A stretch of 45,532 nt of DNA. It comes from Candidatus Omnitrophota bacterium (lineage in GTDB: Bacteria > Omnitrophota > Gorgyraeia > 1-14-0-20-64-10 > JACQQZ01). The stretch is taken from contig JACQRF010000059.1 of the NCBI GenBank assembly GCA_016206635.1, positions 1 to 45,532 of the forward strand, read 5' to 3'. This document shows, piece by piece, positions 35,801 through 43,779 of the stretch. Every line of letters starts with the position of its first letter. Within the stretch, counting starts at the first letter, position 1. The position numbers and the translations under genes were made by a program. The notes under the pieces are model-generated. The model did no database searches, had not been told where the DNA came from, and worked only from the letters and a program-made list of their open reading frames with translations.

Positions 35801-35995
35801 GCTCCACTCCGCGCCGGTCCCCCATTGGCTCTTCCAGGTGGTGGCGATGGCCAGCCATCGCGCCATGCCGATCGGCATCTCGAGGTCCGTGGTATGGATG
35901 AAATGCCCCGGCAGAAACCAGAGCAGCGGGACAGCGCCCCACGCCCCGATCAGGGCCACTACCCAACAATGCCCTCGCCATCGGCCATCCTTCAT
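32840..35995 (-). CDS. AftD/DUF3367-like GT-C membrane glycosyltransferase (paralog 3, 1051 aa)
   Basis: MKDGRWRGHCWVVALIGAWGAVPLLWF, HTTDLEMPIGMARW..TWKSQWGTG, VLRMQGDWTWFQGWKEPY, TGTHPPFRPLYLWCAQHLPLFWIVRSPWFKF, GVQYLLQEDD, a long C-terminal domain and a terminal TM. ATGA overlap at 35992/35995. The ORF-track extension to 36448 is discarded. Confidence 0.65.
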   Translation of the reverse strand: MKDGRWRGHCWVVALIGAWGAVPLLWFLPGHFIHTTDLEMPIGMARWLAIATTWKSQWGTGAEWSISLPTLVPYLIPAITNWMTGSLFWAQRIEFVAWFLLPGLSMYTLMVYVSKSWAARLVATHLYMFNLALASQWPGGQSALIAYAVFPWVILLIVRGLRAARAWGFYAVALGLLAGAGAGIGVNFAQSYVFVLGLLILIGCYLVAHRGTPEGSPIRCLAFFGIAGAIGFGCNAFWMLPQAVAANMRIADTAIADIKGWTAGWLEGISTNTSLQNVLRMQGDWTWFQGWKEPYVTYAEWYRSHPAFIALSWFPAALALIGCLTTRGWLVGYSAFTMVIGLVLSTGTHPPFRPLYLWCAQHLPLFWIVRSPWFKFTLLTSIGYAILGGLGAGTISRWVQPWWRARIGDRRAGTAAAFAVAAVLIVAHTVYAHPLVLGRMFPKPSERREVTPSHAIIPEPVMQAAAWINRTAPNARFLCLPYRVNGASVYRWGFSGPVPILYYFTDASFLFSSFSWFAADYGNRLAEEFYAALYDRVTPEAVTLLRLLGVQYLLQEDDIAHDYFETRDDDPAFIRQRLRDQTGITPVETVGPRTVYAVSNSRPLVYAADRLVEIVGAHPTLVPLQVKGRSDISEEPGVRSGMLPMALTEHLDGAGALVFPAEASRATAVSLPIHQVVVYNGASLEAAAATALQAETTGLTVFVTPDSFTEDLTEGRLPPTVCRVAEWPALGPLETWPDRTRWRWQTYAVSGQPRAHLDNLTGRSLTTNIQVPIATYRIERDVELFLNGTRLRAERIHPDQPSVVLLRSVTLAPGRNVLSFATPHAAVLRGGENVTYALGDDVRVGTLTLAAVIDLPRAGAYRFQLHPAPWPTDLPEPLAVSLDGQPIPLRYDSPRAGFVGSITAPAAGPHTVRIQHAAVGTRYFLHCSQPGAARAPAPATVTFTRRAPTDVEASVVSQGPCLLVFNESYHPAWEARARDPATGRLRRLPHFLVNGFANGYYLDRVGATLVTFRFALQDLFERGLRISSGVAAVAVVTLLVGLVRLPHRRSR

Positions 35996-37719
35996 GCCGG
36001 TCTCCGGTCGTCGGACAACCGGGGGACCAGCAAGCCCTTTAGAAAATAGATCCCGTACGTGACGTGGGTCGCCACGGTGCCCAGCACGATCAGCGCCGAC
36101 ATGCGGAGATTGCCGGCCCGCAATCCATACGTGAGGGCAATTGCGCCGTAGACCACGAGGCCCGCCGCGTACGCCGCGGCCGTCGCCGGCCACAGGCGCA
36201 CGACCGGACCGGCCGACACCACCGCGATCGTAAACATAGTCGGGAGGCAATAGCTCAGGCGAAATCCAAGCGCCCGGAACCGGCGGACGAAGTACCCCCG
36301 GTGCTCGGCATACCGCAGGATTTGCCGCAGGTGCGGACCAAAGAGCGGGCGGCGGTGATGGAAGACCAGCACGTCCGGATCGTAGACAATCCGCTTGGCC
36401 AGCTGCCGGGTGAGCTTCATACAGACGATCGTGTCCTCGCCCGGCCAAAACGACGTGTCGAACCCACCGACTTGCAACAGATCGCGCTTGCGAACGATCA
36501 AATTGGATGTCGGCAGCTCCTCAACGTCGCGGGCCGGCTCCGGGATATAGCGGTATTGCTTCGTCCCGGTCACCAAGATAGAGTTGTAGACCGCTCCGCT
36601 GCACACCTGCCGCAACGTATCGTTGGCCGGCGTGATCGCCGGCCCCCCGACCCCGGCCACGCGCTCATCCGAGAAATATGGGATGGCCCGCGCCAGCCAC
36701 CCGCGCGCGGGCGCCGCATCGTCATCCAGGAACGCGATCAGCGTCCCATTCGCCCGGCGGACCCCCAAATCCCGTTTCACGCCTGGCGGCACCGGCCCGG
36801 TCGGGACCACGCTCACGCGAGCCCCCGCAACCGGGCATGGGGCATCGGGCAAGACGATGATCTCGTAGGCCGGGTACGCCAACCGGCCACAGGATTCAAG
36901 GCATTCAGTCAACCGCGCGGACGGGGCCACGCATGGGATGACGATGCTGACCATCGGCGTCTCGGTCACCGGCCGCTGGTTCCGGTCATAATACCGCTGC
37001 ACGCGGGCCCGGTACCACACGCTCAAAGTATCCAAGGCAATCCGGACGATGTTGAACGGTTGCCACGGGAGGTACAACAGCGCCCGCCGCAGACGCAGCG
37101 GCGCCGTCGTGACGCAGGCGCCGGTCCGCAGCGCGATGACCAAAAGTTCCAGGTCGAACACGAACGGCTTGAACAACGCTCGCTGCAGGAGTTGTCGGAG
37201 GCGCGCCGTCCGATACAGCTTGACGGCCGGCTGGGGATCGTCAACCCACACGCCGAACAGCCGGGCCGTGCCCCACCGATAGACCGCCAGCAGCCCCCGC
37301 CGCAACGCGGGGTACTCGTGATCGGCTGCCGGATGAAACTTGGAGGCGATCACGATCTCACCGTTGGCCCGCTGCGCCCAGATCGCCTGGATTTGGCCGG
37401 GTTGGTACGCGAGGTTGGGGTCGGCCACCAACGTCCATTCGCCCCGGCACGCCTCCACGGCTTCTTCCAGGAAAAATGCGACGCCGCGGAGCGGGTTGAA
37501 CGGCACGCGGATTGTTGGCACCCCAGCCGGCACGCGGCCGGCCAGCGGCGGCGCGGCGTGATTCGCGGCCGGCGCGTCGACGACCACGACCTCGTACCGC
37601 ACCCCCAGGCGCTGGAGATCCTGCAGGGCCGCGTACGCCCCGGGCACCTCATCGGTGGCCCGCAAACACCACGGGACGACCAACGAGAGTTCTGGGCGCT
37701 CGGAGGGGACAGTCACCAT
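35992..37719 (-). CDS. Tandem GT2 protein: degenerate DPM1-like N-terminal domain, canonical GT2 domain, and C-terminal TM helices
   Basis: Domain 1 (aa 1-250) is a paralog of 114..866 but with altered motifs: SLVVPWCLRATDE, VVVVDAPAANHA, TLVADPNLAYQP, DDPQPAVKLY. Domain 2 has VSIVIPCVAPS, IAFLDDDAAP (DxD) and GEDTIVCMK. Start at ATG 37719, or at GTG 37716 which would give a GTGA overlap with the stop at 37713. Confidence 0.8.
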   Translation of the reverse strand: MVTVPSERPELSLVVPWCLRATDEVPGAYAALQDLQRLGVRYEVVVVDAPAANHAAPPLAGRVPAGVPTIRVPFNPLRGVAFFLEEAVEACRGEWTLVADPNLAYQPGQIQAIWAQRANGEIVIASKFHPAADHEYPALRRGLLAVYRWGTARLFGVWVDDPQPAVKLYRTARLRQLLQRALFKPFVFDLELLVIALRTGACVTTAPLRLRRALLYLPWQPFNIVRIALDTLSVWYRARVQRYYDRNQRPVTETPMVSIVIPCVAPSARLTECLESCGRLAYPAYEIIVLPDAPCPVAGARVSVVPTGPVPPGVKRDLGVRRANGTLIAFLDDDAAPARGWLARAIPYFSDERVAGVGGPAITPANDTLRQVCSGAVYNSILVTGTKQYRYIPEPARDVEELPTSNLIVRKRDLLQVGGFDTSFWPGEDTIVCMKLTRQLAKRIVYDPDVLVFHHRRPLFGPHLRQILRYAEHRGYFVRRFRALGFRLSYCLPTMFTIAVVSAGPVVRLWPATAAAYAAGLVVYGAIALTYGLRAGNLRMSALIVLGTVATHVTYGIYFLKGLLVPRLSDDRRPA

Positions 37720-38729
37720 CGCCTCAGATAGACGCGCAAGAACTGCCACCCCCATCCTATCGGCAGCGGGCGCCCATGCTGATGAAACAGGGCGCGGTCC
37801 GGAATTTTTCGCAGCACCTGCTGCACATGCCGCCGTTTCAAGGCGAGCGCCCCCCAGTGCGCGATGGTATGGCCGATGGCGGCGAGCACCGCGATCGTGT
37901 TGCGCAAGCGCCCGCGAATCACGTACAACAGGCCGATCCCCACGCAGCAGACGAGATGCACCGGGAGAATCAGCCAGAGCCGCAGCGTCCCCAAGTTCGT
38001 GACCATCGCGCTGAGGCGGTTGCGAAACGCGTAGGCATCGATGACCGCCGATGGCAATCGGCGGGCGGTGCCGCCGCCTTCGTGCCAGACGATGGCCTCC
38101 GGCGCGAACCCGACGCGGAATCCGGCCAGCCAGATCCGCCAAAACAGGTCGCTCTCCTCAAAATACGACCCGAACGCGGCATCGAATCCCCCGACGTGCT
38201 GAAACACCGCGCGGCGGATGATGAAACAAACGCCCTTGGGGCTGAACAGTTCTTCCAAGTGATCGTACTGCCCTCGGTCCTCTTCCCCAAATCCCAGGTG
38301 GTACAGGAATCCGGTCCACGTCAGGTAATCGCCGACGGCATCGTATCGGGCGTGGGGGGCGTCTCGGGACGCCAACTGCAAGATTTTTGCGGAACAGGCG
38401 GCCTGCGCCGGAGACCGGGCCAGGCCGGCGAGCAATGCCTGAAGGCATCGCGGATCAATGACGACATCATTATTGAGGATCCAGAACGCTTCACCCGACG
38501 CCGCCTGCACGCCACGGTTGACGCCGCCGGCGAACCCATGGTTGACCGCCGACCGAATCACGCGGACGCGGGGAGAATCCGCCGCCAGCCACTCGGCCGT
38601 GCCGTCCGTGGACCCGTTGTCAACGACCAGGACCTCATCCGGGGCCACGGTTTGCCGCGCCAGCGATGCCAGACACTGCGCCAGTTGCGCGCGGCCGTTC
38701 CAGCTTGGAATGATGACGGAGACCGTCAT
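37713..38729 (-). CDS. GT2 glycosyltransferase (WbbL-like), paralog of 10556..11599
   Basis: MTVSVIIPSWNGRAQL, LVVDNGSTDGT, NHGFAGGVNRG, ILNNDVV, FEESDLFWR and a hydrophobic C-terminal extension. ATGA overlap at 38726/38729. Confidence 0.85.
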   Translation of the reverse strand: MTVSVIIPSWNGRAQLAQCLASLARQTVAPDEVLVVDNGSTDGTAEWLAADSPRVRVIRSAVNHGFAGGVNRGVQAASGEAFWILNNDVVIDPRCLQALLAGLARSPAQAACSAKILQLASRDAPHARYDAVGDYLTWTGFLYHLGFGEEDRGQYDHLEELFSPKGVCFIIRRAVFQHVGGFDAAFGSYFEESDLFWRIWLAGFRVGFAPEAIVWHEGGGTARRLPSAVIDAYAFRNRLSAMVTNLGTLRLWLILPVHLVCCVGIGLLYVIRGRLRNTIAVLAAIGHTIAHWGALALKRRHVQQVLRKIPDRALFHQHGRPLPIGWGWQFLRVYLRRW

Positions 38730-39838
38730 TGATCGCGCGGTCCCATCGCGCGGGCCATGACGGTCAGCGCGAGATCGGCAGCCCTGTCGAGCTCATCGCC
38801 CGACAGGGCCTGCCGGGCGCGCCGGGATAATTGCTCCCACAACGGCTGGTCCGTCAAGAGCCGCTGCAGCGCGTTGGCCAGCGCCCGCGGCGTCGGCGTC
38901 GCGCAGATCCACCCGGTCACGTTGTGGCGCGTCGAGTCAATCAGCCCCGGCACCGGATAGACCGCCGACGGTGTCCCCCAAACCCCGGCCTCGCTGACGA
39001 CGAGCCCCCATCCCTCCCGGACCGAGGGGACCGCCAGCACATGCGCCCGCTGCATCAGCCGGTGTTTTTCTTCTTCCGGCACGGCGCCGAAAAACGTCAC
39101 GCGGCCGGTCAGCCCCAACCGGCCGCTCAGCCGTTCCAGCGCCCGCCGGTAGTCGGCGTCACCGTTGCCCACGATCCACAGCTGCGCGCGCGACAGATCC
39201 GACAGGCCGGCCATGGCCCGGAGCACATGGTCAACGCGCTTGGCCCGCTTCAGCCGCCCGACGAACAGCACGGTCGGCGCCGTCTCGCGAGGCGCCGGCG
39301 GCAGCGGGGGGGTCGGCGCCGGGCCCATCGGCATGACCGCCACGCGCTCGGCGGAAAATCCGAGGCGCAGCAAATCACGCTTAGCGCTTTCCGAGATCGT
39401 GATGACGTGCCGGCGCCGATACGGCCACAACGCCAGTGGCTCCAGCAGGTACCCCACGATGGCCACTGGCAGCGGGCACTCGTAGAACCACACCTCGTGG
39501 GCTAGCTGATTGAAATGCAGAATGACCGGCTCCCGGGCATACCACGATGAGAAAAATGGGATGGTATTGATCTCGTCCACGATCACGTCATAGTGGCCCT
39601 GCCACTGGCGCCGGTACCGCGCGAATGCATGCCAGTAGACTGACCACCGGCCCCCAGCCCGCAGGTACCGGATACCGCCCACCGCTTCCTCGGCAGGCGC
39701 CCCGGGAAATCGGCTGGCGTACCACGTCACCTGATGCCCGCGGGCGAGCCACCGGGCGGCCAACGCCTCAGTCAGGACTTCGGCGCCGCCCGCCAGCGGG
39801 TTTTTGGGATCGCGCCAGCTTAAGAGGAGGATGCGCAC
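38726..39838 (-). CDS. GT-B fold glycosyltransferase, GT4 family
   Basis: (V/M)RILLLSWRDPKNPLAGGAEV..., VLFVGRL, and the EGWGLVVSEAGVWGTPSAV (E-x7-E region) signature. The start codon is GTG at 39838 and overlaps the upstream stop (39820) by 19 nt. Confidence 0.85.
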   Translation of the reverse strand: MRILLLSWRDPKNPLAGGAEVLTEALAARWLARGHQVTWYASRFPGAPAEEAVGGIRYLRAGGRWSVYWHAFARYRRQWQGHYDVIVDEINTIPFFSSWYAREPVILHFNQLAHEVWFYECPLPVAIVGYLLEPLALWPYRRRHVITISESAKRDLLRLGFSAERVAVMPMGPAPTPPLPPAPRETAPTVLFVGRLKRAKRVDHVLRAMAGLSDLSRAQLWIVGNGDADYRRALERLSGRLGLTGRVTFFGAVPEEEKHRLMQRAHVLAVPSVREGWGLVVSEAGVWGTPSAVYPVPGLIDSTRHNVTGWICATPTPRALANALQRLLTDQPLWEQLSRRARQALSGDELDRAADLALTVMARAMGPRDQ

Positions 39839-40878
39839 GAGAGGAAATCGGGGCGTCGGGCCCTCAGCTCAAGGCCATCGCCCCATCGGAGGCTGTCGAG
39901 CATCAAGTCCGACAGGATGCTGACGGCCCGGAATCCCGGGTTCATCAGCGCCCGGGCCCAGGATTGAGGGCATACGGCGACGATGCTGGAGAGCCCGGTT
40001 CCCACGGAGGCGTTGCGGATGCGAATGTCAGCGAACCCGGCGTCGGCAACCATCCGGCGCAAGGTCCCGGCGGTGAAATGGATCAGGTGTTGGGGGGCTT
40101 GAATGGCCGCCCAGCGGCTGCCGAAAATTCGCCGATATAGCGCGGCGGCATTCGGCACGCCGATGATCAATTCCCCGCCGGGCGCCAGCAGTTGATAGGC
40201 CTTGGCCAGCGCCGCTCTCGGTTCGGAGAGGTGCTCCAGCACGTGCCACAGGCGCACCACGTCCAGATCGCGCCACGGCACGTCGCCTCGGGTGAAATTC
40301 CCCTCAAAGACTTCCAGGCCGTTGGCGCGGGCGCGGGCAGCCCCCACGGGATGGAACTCCACGCCATAAATGGTCCAGCCGGCCTCCCGGAGATAGACGC
40401 CGAATGCGCCGTCGCCGCAGCCGATGTCCAGCAACCGACCGGGGTCCCGGGTCGGCAAACCGCGAAACCGTTGCCGGGCCGGGATCGTGATGACGCGCAG
40501 CGCCCCCCGTAGCCACCAGGATTTGGCGCGCAGCAACGACGGGGACGAGGCGACGATCGCCCACCGCCGAAGCTGATTGGTCATCCGGGACAAAGCCCCT
40601 TGCCCTCGGGCGACGGTCTCCACGAAGCGGTACGCGTAATACTCATCCGACGGATACAGATCAACCAGCGCCTCTTCCGTCGGTTGCGGGGTCAGCCAGA
40701 TAATCCGGCACCGTCGGCACTGGACCAACTGCCCGGCCCCCTCCAGCGGTGGATCCCACCGCACCCGCAGGAACGGCGCGGCGTCAGTACCGCCGCATCC
40801 CGGGCAGGGCGTCAAACGCCAACGGCCGTCGGGGCGATCTGTGGTGTCGCGCGTCGCGTCAGAAATGTCTGTATCCAT
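39820..40878 (-). CDS. Class I SAM-dependent methyltransferase with an N-terminal Cys4 zinc-ribbon
   Basis: CPGCGG...CRRC ribbon, motif I LLDIGCGDGAFGVYL, LWHVLEHL and LAPGGELIIGVPN. The start is ambiguous: ATG 40878 gives a 67-nt overlap with the upstream gene, whereas TTG 40815 gives a TTGA overlap. Confidence 0.75.
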   Translation of the reverse strand: MDTDISDATRDTTDRPDGRWRLTPCPGCGGTDAAPFLRVRWDPPLEGAGQLVQCRRCRIIWLTPQPTEEALVDLYPSDEYYAYRFVETVARGQGALSRMTNQLRRWAIVASSPSLLRAKSWWLRGALRVITIPARQRFRGLPTRDPGRLLDIGCGDGAFGVYLREAGWTIYGVEFHPVGAARARANGLEVFEGNFTRGDVPWRDLDVVRLWHVLEHLSEPRAALAKAYQLLAPGGELIIGVPNAAALYRRIFGSRWAAIQAPQHLIHFTAGTLRRMVADAGFADIRIRNASVGTGLSSIVAVCPQSWARALMNPGFRAVSILSDLMLDSLRWGDGLELRARRPDFLSCASSS

Positions 40879-42626
40879 AACTCCAAGACCAACAGTTTCC
40901 ACAGCAGCATGTGCCGCTCCCATTCCAACGGTTGCCACCGTTGCGGCGTGAACAGCCAGCGGCGCGCGGCCGGACCCAGCGCCGTCAATGCACGGCTCCG
41001 CGGCGTATCCACGATCTCCCGGATCCGCTCGGCATGGGCTATCAGAAACTCTCCAACGGGGAACAGCCATCCCTGTTTTTTCCGCGCGGCGATCGCCGGC
41101 GGCAGATAGGCGGCCGCCAGCGCCCGCAAGATCCATTTTTCCCGCGCCTGGCGATGCCGGAACCAACGCCCCGGTAGTTTATAGGCCCGGGGGCAGCTAT
41201 AGGCGAACTCGACGACCCGGTGATCCAAATACGGGACCCGGGCCTCAACCCCGGCCGCCATCGTCGCCTTGTCCACTTTCCTCAGCAGATGGTTCGGCAG
41301 CTGCCGGGTCACTTCCCAATGCGCCACCGCGCGGAATGGGTCGCGGCGCGGCCGCTCCACGGCCTGTTGCCACATCGGCCGCAACACCGGACGAAACCGG
41401 ATCCCTTGGCGCGTGGCCCCGTAGTAATATCCGCGCCACCACCACGGTTCCGGCAGCGAAGCAAACGGCTGTTGTGAGAGGCCGAACCACGGATAGCCGC
41501 CAAAGATTTCATCGGCCCCTTCCCCAACCAGCAACACCTTGATGCCATGCGCTCGGGCCTGCGCCGCCATCAAGCGGGTCGTCAACAACCCGGCGTCCGC
41601 CGAGGAGAGGTCGTCAAACGAGGTGATCGCACCCAGGAGCTGGTCCCACGCCAGCGTGGGATCCACGTTCAGCTCTTGATGCGCGGTCCCGAGATGGCGG
41701 GCTACCTGGGCGGCCCACGGCCGCTCGTCCCAACGGTGCGGAAACCCGACGGTGAACGTCCGCACCTGCCCCCCTTGACGGGCGGCCAGCGCCGCCACGA
41801 CGCTGGAATCGAGTCCGCCGGAGAGGAGGATCCCCACCGGCACGTCGGCGACCAGATGGCTGCGGACCGCTTCGGTCAGCGTGGCATCCAGCGCCGCCAC
41901 GGCATCGCGAAACGGCAGCCGGGCCACCGCCGGATCTTCCCGCAGCTCCCAATACCGGGTCAGCCGGGACAGCCCGCGCTGGACCACCATCACATGGCCC
42001 GGCGGCAGTTTCGCAACGCCGGCCAGCATCGTCTTGCCGTGATCCCAGACGCACTGATACGCCACGTACATGCGCAGGGCATCGTCATCGATCTGCGGGA
42101 CTCCCCAGTCGGATGGCAAGGCCAGGAACGCCTTGGCCTCCGAGGCGAAGGCGAGGCCCTGTGGGCCGTCCAGATAATAGAGCGGCTTGATGCCGATCCG
42201 GTCTCGGGCCAAGAGGAGCGTCTCTCGGCGCGCATCCCACAGGGCGAAGGCGAACATGCCGCGCAAATGCGCCACGCACGACTCGCCCCACTGCTCGTAT
42301 GCGTGGACGATCACCTCCGTATCGCTGTGCGATCGGAAGCGGTATCCCGCCGCCGCGAGCGTCTGGGTGAGTTCTTGGAAATTGTATATCTCACCGTTGA
42401 ACACCAACTGGACCGTACCGTCGTCGTTGGCCATCGGTTGATGGCCCGACGGGCTGAGGTCAATGATGCTTAATCGGCGGTGCGCCAGCGCGACCCCATG
42501 GGCGGCCGAGTCGAACAGGCCGGCGTCATCGGGCCCACGGTGCGCGATCGCGTCCGCCATAGCGGCGGCGATCGGGCCGACCGGGGGGCCTGGGCGCTTG
42601 CGCAAAATCCCGGCGATCCCGCACAT
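40812..42626 (-). CDS. Asparagine synthase (glutamine-hydrolysing) family amidotransferase, copy 2
   Basis: MCGIAG N-terminal Cys nucleophile and the LLSGGLDSSVV PP-loop. 604 aa. Starts 4 nt after the upstream stop. Confidence 0.9.
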   Translation of the reverse strand: MCGIAGILRKRPGPPVGPIAAAMADAIAHRGPDDAGLFDSAAHGVALAHRRLSIIDLSPSGHQPMANDDGTVQLVFNGEIYNFQELTQTLAAAGYRFRSHSDTEVIVHAYEQWGESCVAHLRGMFAFALWDARRETLLLARDRIGIKPLYYLDGPQGLAFASEAKAFLALPSDWGVPQIDDDALRMYVAYQCVWDHGKTMLAGVAKLPPGHVMVVQRGLSRLTRYWELREDPAVARLPFRDAVAALDATLTEAVRSHLVADVPVGILLSGGLDSSVVAALAARQGGQVRTFTVGFPHRWDERPWAAQVARHLGTAHQELNVDPTLAWDQLLGAITSFDDLSSADAGLLTTRLMAAQARAHGIKVLLVGEGADEIFGGYPWFGLSQQPFASLPEPWWWRGYYYGATRQGIRFRPVLRPMWQQAVERPRRDPFRAVAHWEVTRQLPNHLLRKVDKATMAAGVEARVPYLDHRVVEFAYSCPRAYKLPGRWFRHRQAREKWILRALAAAYLPPAIAARKKQGWLFPVGEFLIAHAERIREIVDTPRSRALTALGPAARRWLFTPQRWQPLEWERHMLLWKLLVLELWIQTFLTRRATPQIAPTAVGV

Positions 42627-42630
42627 GGAA

Positions 42631-43779
42631 TTAGCGCGACCCCCGGTAGAACTGGACGAGCGCCTCCACGACTTGCTCCACGGCGCCGGCGCCCATGGTC
42701 GGATAGAGCGGCAGCGAGATCACGTCGCGCGCCAGCGCCTCCCCGACCGGGCACATCCCCTCCCGGAATCCAAATTGCGCGAAGGCCGGCTGCAGGTGAA
42801 CAGGCCGGCTGTAATGCACTAAGGCCCCGACCCCCTGCTGCTGTAGGAACTTCAGCAACGCATCCCGGCGCGGGACGCGCAACGCATAGATGTGGTACAC
42901 GTGCCGCGCCCCGTCCGCTTCCGTCGGCGGCGCGATCTCAGGCGCCACCGGCAGTAGTCGCTCCCGGATCAGACGCGTATACTGCTGGGCCCATGCCCGC
43001 CGGGCCTCGGTCCAGGCCGCCAGATGCCGGAACTTCACGCGCAGGATGGCGGCTTGGAGCTCATCGAGCCGGCCGGTCCGCCCCACCAGGCGGTGATCGT
43101 CGCGCACGAGGCTGCCGTGCACCCGCAGCATCCGGACACGCTCGGCGAGGGCCACCTCATCGGTAATCACCATGCCGCCGTCGCCGCACGCCCCCAGATT
43201 TTTCGTTGGGAAGAAGCTGAACGCCCCGGCCGTCCCGAACGTGCCCACGCGCTGGCCGCGCCAGGTCGCCTCGATCGCCTGGGCGCAGTCTTCGATCATC
43301 ACCAACTGGCGCCGCTGCGCCAACGCCGTCAGCGCGTCCATTGCGCAGGGGTGGCCGTAGAGGTGCACCGGGATGATCCCGCGCGTCTTCGACGTGGTCG
43401 CGCCGGCCGCCTGCGCGGGATCCATCAGGTAGGTCGCCGGATCAATATCCACGATCACCGGCCGAGCCCCGACGCTGGCGATCGCCTCGATCGTCGCCAC
43501 GAACGTCATGGCCGGTGCCAGCACCTCGTCCCCAGGGCCGATGCCGGAGGCCCGGAGGGCGAATTCCAACGCATCGGTGCCGGAGCCGACCGTCACAACA
43601 TGCCGGCGCCCGCACCGGTCGGCCGCTTCCCGCTCCAGGGCCTCAACGTGAGGCCCCAAGGTATACGCCCCACTGGCCAGCACCTGGAGGACTACCGGGT
43701 TCACCTCGTCTTTGATCGCGCGATATTCCGCCGCCAGATCAATGTACGGAACCCGGGTCGAAACGGCTGGGGCGCTCAT
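42631..43779 (-). CDS. DegT/DnrJ/EryC1/StrS-family PLP-dependent sugar aminotransferase (ArnB/WbpE-like)
   Basis: VPYIDLAAEYRAIKDEV, GSGTDALEFALRASGIGPGDEV, AMTFVATIEAI, and FSFFPTKNLGACGDGG (PLP-lysine region). ATG 43779 forms an ATGA overlap with the upstream stop at 43776. Confidence 0.9.
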   Translation of the reverse strand: MSAPAVSTRVPYIDLAAEYRAIKDEVNPVVLQVLASGAYTLGPHVEALEREAADRCGRRHVVTVGSGTDALEFALRASGIGPGDEVLAPAMTFVATIEAIASVGARPVIVDIDPATYLMDPAQAAGATTSKTRGIIPVHLYGHPCAMDALTALAQRRQLVMIEDCAQAIEATWRGQRVGTFGTAGAFSFFPTKNLGACGDGGMVITDEVALAERVRMLRVHGSLVRDDHRLVGRTGRLDELQAAILRVKFRHLAAWTEARRAWAQQYTRLIRERLLPVAPEIAPPTEADGARHVYHIYALRVPRRDALLKFLQQQGVGALVHYSRPVHLQPAFAQFGFREGMCPVGEALARDVISLPLYPTMGAGAVEQVVEALVQFYRGSR

